Assembly (NCBI GenBank): GCA_013265495.1 | Contig: MU058669.1 | Location: forward strand, 1,435,880-1,499,879 | DNA from: Vicugna vicugna | Taxonomy: Eukaryota | DNA length: 64,000 bases | Reading direction: 5' to 3' | Shown: positions 24,746 to 35,455 of the stretch, one piece after another | Layout of the letters: every line of letters starts with the position of its first letter | How positions within the stretch are numbered: position 1 is the first letter of the stretch | The notes under the pieces: model-generated | What the model saw: the letters and a program-made list of their open reading frames with translations, nothing else | Told to the model about the DNA's origin: nothing | The model's database searches: none | Made by a program: the position numbers and the translations under genes

Positions 24746-25754
24746 ATAAACATCTTTCCCCTTTGGGCTCATTGTTACATAGACATGCACTGAGTACCTC
24801 ATGTGTTGCTGGCACTGGTGTGCACACTGGCCAGTAACAGAACAGGCAGGCTCTCCTGAAACTTTCAGTGAGGAAACAGAAAATAAATGAGTGAAAAACC
24901 GAAGTAATTCCTGGCAGTGACAAATGCAATAAAGATAAAAACAGTGATGCAAAGAGCAGGGTACTTTGCAGGGAGTGCTCATTTTGTGGGAAGGTAAGAT
25001 GTATCCTCTTGGAGAAAGTAACATTTTGAAGCTGAAACATGAGTAACAATTGGAGCCGGTTGTGCCAAGATCTGGTAACGTGCTTTCCAGGCAAAGGGAA
25101 CTCCAACTTGAGATGTGCTGAGGGAGAAACAGCCTCGTAGTATTAGCAAAACGAAGCTCAGGTTCTTGGAGTCTGATACAGGAGAGCAGAAGTAACATGT
25201 GCAGGGTTGGGAAGGTAGTCAGCAGCCCACAGCAAGCAAGCATCCTGCTAGCAGAGCAAGATGCCGCTGGCAGAGAGACGGGTGCAGTTAGACCAGCATC
25301 CTCCAAAGCAGCCCTCTTTCTGCACGTGGCTCCCCTCCTCCGTGACTGCCAAGTGAACACTTTAGAGCGGCTTGGACATCTGGACTAGACAGATAATTTT
25401 GCTGTTTCTTTCAACCCAGCAGTTGTCAAAAGCACAAGCTGCAATCCTCACTCTTTAATCTCTGTTTGTAGCATGTGTCAGGTTTGAAGATAGACAATTG
25501 TGCAATAGAATCAGAGCTTACAAGCTTATGGTAGAGATAGATAAGGACACATAGTAGAGGTATTACAACGGAGCTGCAGAAGCTGTGTGAGCCTGAGGGC
25601 AGCAGACAGAATTCTACATGTGTGGTCTGGGAAGGCTTCTGGGAACAAGTTTCAAGTCAAACGTTGCTGGTCTCCAAAGGTGGGAGGTGAGGTCTTCTTC
25701 CCACTGTTTTGTTGGGTTTTTTCTTTCCTATACACTTGTTTCTTTTGCTTTACT

Positions 25755-25860
25755 TATTTTTTCATTGAAGTACAGTTGTTTTACAATATTACATTCGTTT
25801 CAGGTTTATAGCAAAGTCATTCTGTTATATGTATAGGTTTTTTTCAGAATATTTTCCTAT
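25755..25860 (-). mobile_element. Short L1 3' stub (artiodactyl-type)
   Basis: ttttttcattgaagtacagttgttttacaatattacattcgtttcaggtttatagcaaagtcattc. Confidence 0.75.
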
Positions 25861-26088
25861 ACTGTTTTTTAACCAGTCCAAATATATCCAGGTTTCTCCT
25901 AACTCACTTCTTTCTCTTTTTCTTTAGAATTGTCTTTAGCATTAAAGAGATGATATTTTTTAATTTGCCCCAATTCTGGGTCAGGGATGCCCATGTCTTA
26001 CATATGACCTTTTGGTTTAATTTTGTTTCATAAACTCCCATCAGGTGACATGATTTCATTGGGAGTAGAAAATGTCAATTCCAATGCA

Positions 26089-26597
26089 TTTTATTTTGAG
26101 TTATAGTCAGTTTACAATGCTGTGTCAGTTTCTGGCTTACAGCACAATTTTTCAGACATGAATATACATATATTCATTTTCATATTCTTATTCACCATTA
26201 GCTACCACAAGATCTTGTATATATTTCCCTGTGCTATGCAGTATGAACTTGTTTATGTATTCTATATATACCTGTCAGTATCTACCTATCTCGAACTCCC
26301 AGTCTGTCCCTTCCCACCCACCTCCCCTCTGGCAACCACAAGTTTGTATTCTGTGTCTGTGAGTCTATTTTTGTTTTATATTTAAGTTCATTTTCTTCTT
26401 CTTCTTCTCCTTCTCCTTCTTCTCCTTCTTCTCCTTCTTTCTTCTCCTTCTCCTTCTTCCTTCTTTCTTCTCCTCCTCCTCCCCCACTCCCCCTCCCCCT
26501 CCTCCCTCTTCCTCCTCCCTCCTCCTCCCTCCTCCTTCCTCCTCCTCTCTTCTTCTTCTTTCCACATATGAGCGATCTCACATGGTATTATTTTTTC
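26089..26597 (-). mobile_element. Lineage-specific (camelid-like) L1 3' stub with internal microsatellite
   Basis: gagttatagtcagtttacaatg...ggcaaccacaagtttgtattc...tccacatatgagcgatctcacatggta. Confidence 0.9.
26391..26563. repeat. Compound (CTT)n/(CCT)n pyrimidine microsatellite
   Basis: 173 bp with a single purine (A at 26486). Confidence 0.95.
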
Positions 26598-27669
26598 TAC
26601 TAACAGCACTTTCATTAATTAAACATTGTCTAAGATTTGCAGGTTTATTAGAACCCAGGAACTTCTAGCCTCTTTTCTAGTTGCCGCCCCCAAAATTACA
26701 TGTTCTCCATCATTAAAGGCAAAGATATGTAGGGAAGATGTTTTCTCACCTTGCAAAACACGAACAACATTTTACTCTTTTTGTCCTTCACATGTGCATA
26801 TTTATTATATACTAAACAGGTGTCAGGCTTGGCACTGAGGGATCAGGCTTGGTATGTATAGTATATTATCAGGGGGCCAAGTTGGGTGTAGAAGGAATGG
26901 AGCAAAGGCTACAGGATTGGGAAGAATAGCATTGCCAACTCTAGGTTGCTTGAGAAACTTCTGAGAGTGGGACATAGCAGGCTGTTTTCCAGTCTGAGAG
27001 GCCATTTCTCAGGAGGGAGATCTGGAAATAGGTCCTCGGTCCCAAATACCCAAAGAAAGGTCTTTTCTTTCTTTAGTTGTAGGCTGAGTGGTCACAATTA
27101 TTTGTGCTGGAGAAAAAGGTAGTTCCACATCCAGAGGAAGATGGACTTTTTCAGACAGTCATTACCGTAATTCCAGGTCTTAGCCCTCTACATTACCGAT
27201 ACAGGTCCCACCTAAAATGTGTGCTCCTCCAAACCATTTGCTACTAAAAGGGAAAAAAACAGAATCCTGGAATCTGGCCAACCTTTGCAGAGGTCTCTGG
27301 GTAGGTACTTTCATCCCATTTGCTACTCAGTGTCCAGCACACTTAGGATGGAGAGGCATGGAGGAATTAATCTTCCAAGCTACAGCAGCAACAGTGTTTT
27401 GTTGAATGTAGCTTCTTATTTTGTCTGATGATAACAATAAAAGTTCATTAGACAAAATTTGGGAAATTGAGCATAAATAATGGATACAAATGAGCTGTAA
27501 ATTTAGAACTGAAGAAAAATGTGCTTTATGATTTGTACCCTTCGGATGCATGCCTGTGCTAAAGACACCTTGCTTCCCATTTACTTTTTAATATGACATC
27601 ACTAAATGTCCTCCTAGGAGAATGTATCGTACTTCTTTTTTTTAAGGTGCTCTTAACTTTTTAAAAAAA

Positions 27670-28812
27670 TATATTTATTTATTTATTTATTTATTTATTT
27701 TTTAGACTATAGTCAGTTACATTGTGTCAGTTTTTGGTATATAGCATAATGTTTCAGTCATACATACATATACTCATTTTCATATTCTTTTTCATTATAG
27801 GTTGCTACAAGGTATTGAATATAGTTCCCTGTGCCATACAGAAGAAATTTGTTTCTTTAAAATCTGTTTTATATATAGTAGTTAGTATCTGCAATTCTGA
27901 AACTCCCATTTATCCCTTCCCACCTCCTTTACCCCCAGTAACCGTAAGATTGTTTACTATGTCTGTGAGTCTGTTTCTGTTTTGTAGATGAGTTCATTAG
28001 TGTCTTTTTTTTTTTTTTAAGATTCCACATATGAGTAATACGATCTGGTATTTTTCTTTCTCTTTCTGGCTTACTTCACTTAGAATGATGATCTTCAGGT
28101 GCAGCCATGTTGCTGCAAATGGCATTATTTTATTCATTTTTATGACTGAGTAGTGTTTCATTGTATAATTATACCATAACTTCTTTTTTTAAACATTTTT
28201 ACTGAGTTATAGTCATTTTACAATGTTGTGTCAAATTCCAGTGTAGAGCAAGATTTTTCAGTTGTACATGAACATACATATTATATTCATATATTCATTG
28301 TCACATTTTTTTTCACTGTGAGCCACATGATCTTGTGTATATTTCCCTGTGCTACACAGTATAATCTTGTTTATCTATTCTACATATGCCTGTCAGTATC
28401 TACAAATTTTGAACTCCCAGTCTATCCCTTCCCACCCTCCTCTCCCTTGGCAACCACAAGTCTGTATTCTATGTCTATGAGTCTTGTTTCTGTTTTGTAT
28501 TTATGTTTTTTTTTCTTTTTAGATTCCACATATGAGCGATCTCATATGGTAATTATACCATAACTTCTTTATCCACTCTTCTGTCAGTGGACATTTAGGC
28601 CGTTTCCATGTCTTGGATATTGTAAATAGTGCTGCTGTGAACATTGGGGTGCGTGTAACTTTTTGAATTTGAGTTCCATCCAAATATATGCTTAGAAGTG
28701 GGATAGCTGGATCATATAGTAAATCTGTTTTTGGTTTTTTGGGGAATCTCCATACTGTTTTCCATAATGCCTGCACCAGACTGCATTCCCACCAGCAGTG
28801 TAGAAGGGTGCC
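27670..28812 (-). mobile_element. Lineage-specific L1, 5'-truncated (host of nested L1)
   Basis: (TTTA)n tail; ORF 28519..28776(-) gives L1 ORF2 C-terminal peptide LWKTVWRF...[11 protein letters not shown]...PMFTAALFTISKTWKRPKCP..EEWIKKLWY. Confidence 0.95.
28187..28550 (-). mobile_element. Younger L1 3' stub nested in the previous L1
   Basis: Flanked by identical taattataccataacttcttt at 28166-28186 and 28550-28570. Confidence 0.95.
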
Positions 28813-28821
28813 CTATACTGA

Positions 28822-29037
28822 TTTTTTTGTAATTGAAGTATAGTTGATTTACAATGTTGTGTTAATGTCTGGTGTACAGAATAGTTACTCAGTTACTCAG
28901 GTGTACAATGTATCTATACACACAGTCTTTTTCATATTCTTTTTTCATTATAGGTTATTACAAGCTATTGAATATAGTTCTCTGTGCTATACAGTAGGAC
29001 CTTGTTGTTAATCTGTTTTGTATATAGTGGTTCATAT
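28822..29037 (-). mobile_element. L1 3' stub (older artiodactyl-type)
   Basis: aattgaagtatagttgatttacaatgttgtgttaatgtctggtgtacag; TSD cctatactgattttt / cctatgctgcttttt (13/15). Confidence 0.9.
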
Positions 29038-29124
29038 CCTATGCTGCTTTTTAATGTCGTGGATGCATGCAGTGGTCATTGTAGTTGCTACCCTTTCTGT
29101 TCCCACTGGGTTGCTATGATAGAA

Positions 29125-29365
29125 GCAGTATATCGGAGAGGCTCTAACTAGATTCTAGAGCTAGGATATCTTGGTTTGAGCCCAGTCTCACAATAGCTGT
29201 GTGACCTTTGTCAAGTGACCTAATGTCTTAGTACCTTGGTTTCTTCATTGATCTAGTGGAGATTATCGTAGCACTGTATAGTAGCTAGGTACTTTGTTGA
29301 GTGAGTTAATATTCAGAGACTAGAAGAACCCCTGGAACATACAGAGTGTTCAGTAATGTGTGCTA
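29125..29365 (+). mobile_element. MIR SINE
   Basis: tagctgtgtgacctttgtcaagtgacctaatgtcttagtaccttggtttcttcatt. Confidence 0.8.
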
Positions 29366-29371
29366 TTCCCA

Positions 29372-29777
29372 TAGAGGGACAAGCTCTCAAGCCTGTAGGG
29401 GTAGATCCTGTAAATGAGTCAGTTATTTAAAAATGCAGCTCTTTTGGTCTTTCAGTTTCCTACATGGTATTAAAAATAAGAGAATAGAGAACATTTCTCA
29501 ACTATGAAGGGGAAAAAAGGCCCCTTACAAGTATGATAAATGCAGATAACCTTGACTTAATGTTGGAAAACAGTAGGGAGTGATCAGGGCCATGGAAAGA
29601 GGACTTGGAAGACTGTAGTAAGATCCAGGCAGCTGCTGCCAAGAGAGCCTGGAAAACTAGGTTAGTACATGCAGTTTCCCAGCACCTAACGCAAACTGTT
29701 TAAAAATTCGGTGTGATTTAGACAACATATGCCTTCAGCTTGCAGTTGGCCCAAAAGTTGCCAGTTTGAGAACCTGA
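29372..29777. mobile_element. MER102-family hAT-Charlie element
   Basis: aaacagtagggagtgatcaggg...ggcagctgctgccaagagagcctggaaa...ttggcccaaaagttgccagtttgagaacctg. Confidence 0.7.
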
Positions 29778-29894
29778 ACTTCCGCTAAATAGTGTGTTCT
29801 GAATTCTAGCTCAAGACACCTGCCTCTAGTTTCCGGGTTCCTTCTGTGACACCTGGTTGTAACATCATACATTTGTTTTATTTTATTGCCTGTT

Positions 29895-30195
29895 CTTTTT
29901 ATTAAATTGATGTGTAGTTGATTTACACTGTTGTGTTAGTTTCTGGTGTCCAGCAAAGTGATTCAGTTTTTATATTCTTTTGCAGATTCTTTACCTTTAT
30001 AGTTTATTACAAGATATTGAGTGTGGTTCTTTGTGCTATACCATAGTACCTTGTTGTTTATCTGTTTTGTGTATTGTAATTTATATCTGCTAATCCCAAA
30101 CTCCCCATTTATCCCTCCCCCGCCCTTTCCTCTCTGGTAACCATAAGCTTGTTTTCTGTGTCTGTGAGTCTGTTTGTTTTGTAAGTTCATTCGTG

Positions 30196-30228
<33 letters not shown>
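29895..30228 (-). mobile_element. L1 3' stub ending in T31
   Basis: aattgatgtgtagttgatttacactgttgtgttagtttctggtg...ggtaaccataagcttgttttctgtgtctgtgagtc then T run 30198-30228. Confidence 0.9.
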
Positions 30229-30231
<3 letters not shown>

Positions 30232-31825
30232 ACTTTAACTCTCAGGCTGAAAGGACCAAAAGCTGTAACTCTCCCTGGTCCTCTGCCCATTGCAAAGACT
30301 GATATGTATATAGATTTTCTGGGGCTGCAGTGAAGAATGATCAGTCAGAGAAGTAGCGCCACCCGTGGTTCCAGTCCCTGCCCTTCGCCCCCACACTAAT
30401 TGTTTTGTCTCCCTAAATCGCTGCCTGCTCACTGATTGATAATGGAGGCTCTCCAAGTCTTCCGTCTGACTTTCGAAATGTCATCTTGCCACTCATTCTG
30501 TTTAATTGCTCCCTCCTGTGGAAACACTGGGCTGTCCCTGCTGCTTGCTAGAGAATAGCAAGTCTTTGGGGTTTTCCTGGCTCTTATTTACTGAGAAAGG
30601 TGTTGATAAATGCTTGGTGCTTTGGGGGCTGCTTTCTGAACCACCCTGAGGCAACCACTGCTTATTCAGGCCTGAGGAGAGGAGGCAAGCACTCAGGGAA
30701 TAGCTTTTTAATAAAGTAGTTTGTGATCAGGGAAGGCAAAGGAGGAAGGCAGATCCGACTTGACCTCTTGGGGATGTCCTCTCACCATGACAGAGAGCAG
30801 AGTGGAAGGGGGGGTACCTCAAGGGACCAGAGCGCAGCGCTTAGAACCAGCCACAGGGCTGCCTGGCAGCAGTCGGGCTGATTCTGTGATAGCTGTCTTC
30901 AATAGCTAGTCAGAGAGAATGAAATAGGGAAATTTTGACAACGCTCTTTCTTTCCACATCTCTCCTTTTTTCCCACAAGCTTCCAATTGGATTCGTAGAC
31001 AGAAATCTTAGGTAGTCATTTCTTTATCCAGTCTTCTCTAAGGAGCCTCCATGCTTTTTTTCTTCCTGTCTTACCTTGTTCTGCCATCCTGTAAGGACTC
31101 TGTTCTTCTTGCTTGCCACACAGTTTGTCTTTGCACATTGCCTTTTCTGTCTGGAATACCCATCACCTACACAGATCCTGGGCTCACTTCAGATTTTGTC
31201 TCTACCAGTATGTCTTTCTGGATTTTCCCACTGCACTGGGATTTGCAAGCCTCTGGGAAGAAAAGGAAACTCTTTGCTTCTCTGCCCACCCATTCTTCCA
31301 TCCTGTGCCCCTGCCCCCAGGGAAACAAATCTGATTGGCCAAATTCTAGGATATTTATTGGGATAATTTTGCTGAGAGTGGAATCATTTTACTTCCAAAA
31401 GGATGTGTCGAGATGTGGCTCTCTCTTTATACTGTGATGTATTCTTCCCGGAAGAGGAGTGACTGGGATTGGGGTCTGCCTTCCTGGGAGTGACCTGACC
31501 AGCTTTCTAGGATACCCTTCTTTTTCATGCTTTGAGACTGTGGATCTGAGGTCTTAAGGAACGCAGGGTACAGTTTGTAAGTTGTCGGGGGTCCTTAAAC
31601 CTTTTTCTCAGTGCGTATGTGCCAGCTCCATTCATCAGAGCTTCCTTGCATTGTGGTTGTGTTTTCAAGTTCACTAAACAGAAGAGGAGTATTTGCTTTA
31701 TGTTTACTGATGTCCCTGTGTGTCTCTCTGTCTCCGGGACTCTGTCAGGGTGATAGGTGGGTGCTATAATATCCTCACAGCACCATCACAATTCTCACAT
31801 TGTTTCAAACAACACTCACCTTTGA

Positions 31826-32100
31826 AGAGGCAAAAATTTGGCCTGGTGAAGAGAGCAGTGTTTGCAGCTAGACTCCCTGGATTCAAATCCAGGCTCTGCC
31901 ACTGTACAGTTTTGTGGTTTTTAAGACAATTATCTGATTTCTCTGTGCTTCGGGTCCCTCATCCGTTTTATGAGGGTGGTTATAGTGCTAGCCTTGTAGG
32001 ATTGTCTGGAGAATCAATTAAAATACTATCTCCAGACTGCTAAGAGCAGTGCCCAAAACACAGTAAACCTTCAGCAAATGTTAGTCATCTCCATCCTCAT
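31826..32100 (+). mobile_element. MIR SINE, near full length
   Basis: ggtgaagagagcag...agactccctggattcaaatccaggctctgccact...gagcagtgcccaaaacacagtaaaccttcagcaaatgttag. Confidence 0.85.
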
Positions 32101-32329
32101 CATCATTGGTACCCCTGAGTGTACTCTCAGTTCCATCACAGCCCTCAGCAGTTTGCCTGGTTGTATTACAATCTGCACACATACATTATTCTCCCCACGC
32201 TTTTGACTCTGCCTGAAGCCCGTTTACTTAGTCACAAAAGGGTCTGAAGTTTATTACGACAAGAGTTTATTATAAGAAGAGCAACAAAAGAACCACCTGT
32301 TGATGAAAATATGCCACGTGCAACGTTGC

Positions 32330-32440
32330 CAAAAATTTTAGAGCTGGAATAAACCTTAGAGATTACTGGGTCCAAATTCTTTCTTAAAGATGAGGAACCC
32401 AAGGCCCAGAATGGAGAAGCAGCCCACAAGCCTCGCAATA
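32330..32440 (-). mobile_element. MIR3/MIR fragment
   Basis: ttttagagctggaataaaccttagagattactgggtccaa...aagatgaggaacccaaggcccaga. Confidence 0.7.
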
Positions 32441-33569
32441 TGCAGAAGGATTGGCAGTCCCTCCTCGTTGTTGGGGGCACGTCGCTGGGGACCTTTTTTC
32501 ACTCTGTAGTGTGACCTTGGGGAGCTTACACACCCTTTAATCCTCCAGAGCCTCACTAGAGGCTGGGAAAAATTAAAGGTGGTGTTATCTTTGCATCCAA
32601 GATGAGAAGTAGTGTGTTAAACTAAATGTCTCTCCAAATGGCTGTATTTCCAATTTAATAGGCACATTGTTCTCATGTGTTAATTAGAGACCAAGTTCCT
32701 GTTTCAGAGGATACCTCATAAGGTTTTATAAATAAGTTTAGAGTCCAGTGCTCTGTGGCTCCCTGCTGAGTAATTAGTTTCACGTGTTTATGGTGAGCCC
32801 TACCGGCAGGATTAACATAATGATGTACACAATATAACCAGAGTAGCAACAGATCATCAAGATTTTCTTTGTAGTGGTTCTCCCGGTCTGTGATCCCCTT
32901 GCCTGCCTTCTTTTCCAGTTTGATTGTTAGGTATGTGACTTCTTGCAGTGTTTGGCCAGTTACCAAACATACTTTAAAGACTTTAAATTTATAACTGATT
33001 AATATCAGAAAGGATGACCGAAAATTATTCTTCCATTATTCATTAAACACCAGCAGTTCTCTTTGAAGTTCCATGGGCTCTTTCCGAGTGCCCAGTAACC
33101 AACGACAGTGTCTCTGTAATTTTCAGATCATTATTTGCTAATCAGGGCTTATCTCACAATCAGTAATTACAATACCGCAGAAGGTCCTTTCATAAATCCA
33201 TTGACATCAAGCTAATATGGAGCATCTCACCAAGAGTGATAAAGTAATAGGTAGTTAAACACAGGAGATACTAAACATTGATAAAAACTCTTTTAAAAAA
33301 AAAAGCCAAATGTAAGTCATCGGGGGAAATAATCCTCCTTGTATTCGACAGTCTGTCCAGCCATCAAGAGGCAGATTGTGCACTTACCATCCATGAACAT
33401 CCTGCCAGTCTGTTGTAGGAGACATAATGCTGTGTCCCAGGGTGTTTATTGTACAGTGGGAGAGGTCAGACATGTCCTAAAAGAATGCTTCTCCAAGGTG
33501 TAAAGTGGAAAGAGCTGCAGGAAGTTCATAAAAGTGCATTTATATTCAAAGACAGGAGATGAATGTAAG

Positions 33570-33710
33570 ACAGTGGTTAGGAACACAGGCTTTGGAGGCA
33601 AAGAGATGAGGAACCACATCCTGCCTGACTCTGTACCAGTTTGGGGTAACCACGTCAGAGCCTCACTCTCTTCACTGTAACACTGATGTGATGGATAGCA
33701 TTAGCCAAGT
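33570..33710 (+). mobile_element. MIR fragment within L2 remnants
   Basis: cagtggttaggaacacaggctttggaggc...gagcctcactctcttcactgtaac. Confidence 0.65.
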
Positions 33711-33989
33711 GCCTCGTGCTTTACACCCTGGGAGGCTTAGGGAGGTGGTATTCACACTGGTACTAGAGGAATGAGAAAATTTGGGTAGATAGAAGGAACT
33801 AAAGCAGACACCAGTTCAGGCAACCATGGCATTGAAAGGAGAAGAATGTAAAAGTACAAAGTTGTCAAGGGAACATTTCAAGATAAGACTGAAAAATAAT
33901 GTAGGGCCAGATAATGGGGTGAGATATCAAGACATTCTGAGGAATAAAGCAATTCCCATATCTGTGCCTGGACAGAGCTTGAAGATAAC

Positions 33990-34150
33990 ATGGCTTTGTC
34001 ATGGTTAAGAATGTGGGCGCAGTAGATAGTCTGCCTGGGTTTTTATCCTGGCTCTGCTGTTCACCAGCTGAGTAATCCTGGGAAGTTAGCTTAACTTCTG
34101 TGCCTGAAGGGGCCTCATTCATAAAATAGAGCTAAAACTAGTCCACACGC
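33990..34150 (+). mobile_element. MIR SINE
   Basis: atggttaagaatgtgggc...ctgcctgggtttttatcctggctctgct...ttaacttctgtgcctg. Confidence 0.8.
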
Positions 34151-34269
34151 TTCCTGTGGTCACTCTTCTTACTGCCTTTATGTCAAATAATGAAGTCTTC
34201 TGAGTAGGATGAAAAAAATCTTCTCTGAACCATCACTGAATTATTTGTAGCTCCACTGTCCTTCCATCA

Positions 34270-35270
34270 TCTGCTTCTAGGAATAATGGGCTAGATTTTC
34301 CAGACCACGTCTCCCACTGAGGACAACTAAAAAGACACAATATGTTTTAAAATTTTTCTTAAAACACCTGTGAAATTGAAAGATGGTGAGGAAATTACCA
34401 GACCAAGATCCAGGAAATGACAGGGTCTCAGAGTAGTAAGAAAAGCGTGTAAGTTCATTTTACACCAATGGCACTTGCCCATCCAGAAGAAATAACGCAG
34501 CTGAAGAAAAAGAGCTTGTGTTTGATAACTTTGGGAACAAGAAAATGAAAAGTCAAGACCATCCTTAGATGGACAATCTAATAAACACTATTTGTACGTG
34601 AGTCTAGCTGAGGCAACCAGAGTAAACCATTGTCTTCCACCTACCCTCATGGGGCTGGGTGATCACTGCCTTAGGTGAGTGATTCAGGATGGATGTGAGC
34701 AGGAACGCAGCCCATCCCTGACGGGTAGGACATTCTATTCTGGTCCTTCAGTGAAATTCCAGTCCAACCTTATACTGTAAACAGGGCTCCCAAACTCTTC
34801 AAACCATGTATTTAGTTTAAAATACTTTCATGTTATCCGTCTCTGGGTTCCAGACTAAAGGAAGTGAAAATTCTCTTCGAAGGAATGTTTATTCATTCTG
34901 GGTCCTAAGAAATCCCTGAAAATAACTTTTCAAAGCCAGTAACCAAGCCTCAGTCCCAGATAAGCAACCACCCCGATCAGTAACCCCCCGGAGAGTAGAA
35001 ATCAGCAGAAACAATTGCTGTAGAGACCGAGTGCCCACGACTTCAAGTAGTAAAATCATCATGCAGATTCTAAAACAAGTAGGCTGTATGTTTATTTTTA
35101 AAAAGATAAGCTTGAAAGTATCTGAAAAGAAGAAGAATCTGTAATCATACTGTGCTGATTTTATTTAAATAAATAAAAGCTAAAAATAGAACCTACGCTT
35201 GAAATTTAAAATCCAGTGGATAAGATTAACAAAAGATTAGATGTAGCTGAAGAGAGAATCAGTAGATGAG
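34270..35270 (+). mobile_element. HAL1 or L1ME 5' region into ORF1 coiled-coil
   Basis: ccagaccacgtctcccactgaggacaactaaaa 5'-like start; gaaatttaaaatccagtggataagattaacaaaagattagatgtagctgaagagagaatcagt is the ORF1 RLD.AEERIS motif. Confidence 0.7.
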
Positions 35271-35455
35271 TTCATATTCCTGATCTGCCACCCGCTAGTT
35301 GGGCAAATGTGAGCCAGATCTATAACTTCTCCACATCCTAGTTTCTGCATCTATGAAGTAGAGATGACAGTAGTACCTACAAAATCGAGTGCTTAAGGAA
35401 TATTAAACAAGTGAATGGCTGTAAAAGTGTTGGGCTCCGTCAGCATTCATTATGT
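35270..35455 (+). mobile_element. MIR SINE
   Basis: tagtttctgcatctatgaagtagagatgacagtagtacctac. Confidence 0.7.

Noticed and set aside
24687..25388. Longest ORF (210 aa, minus) and overlapping ORFs
   Set aside because: Overlaps MIR/L2-like remnants, has no recognisable domain and no convincing splice or start context.
26282..26615. E/G/R/K-rich ORFs on the minus strand
   Set aside because: They are translations of the (CTT/CCT)n tract plus L1 3' sequence.
28519..28776. 85-aa ORF with clear protein similarity
   Set aside because: It is the C-terminus of L1 ORF2 in a 5'-truncated, interrupted copy, not a host CDS.
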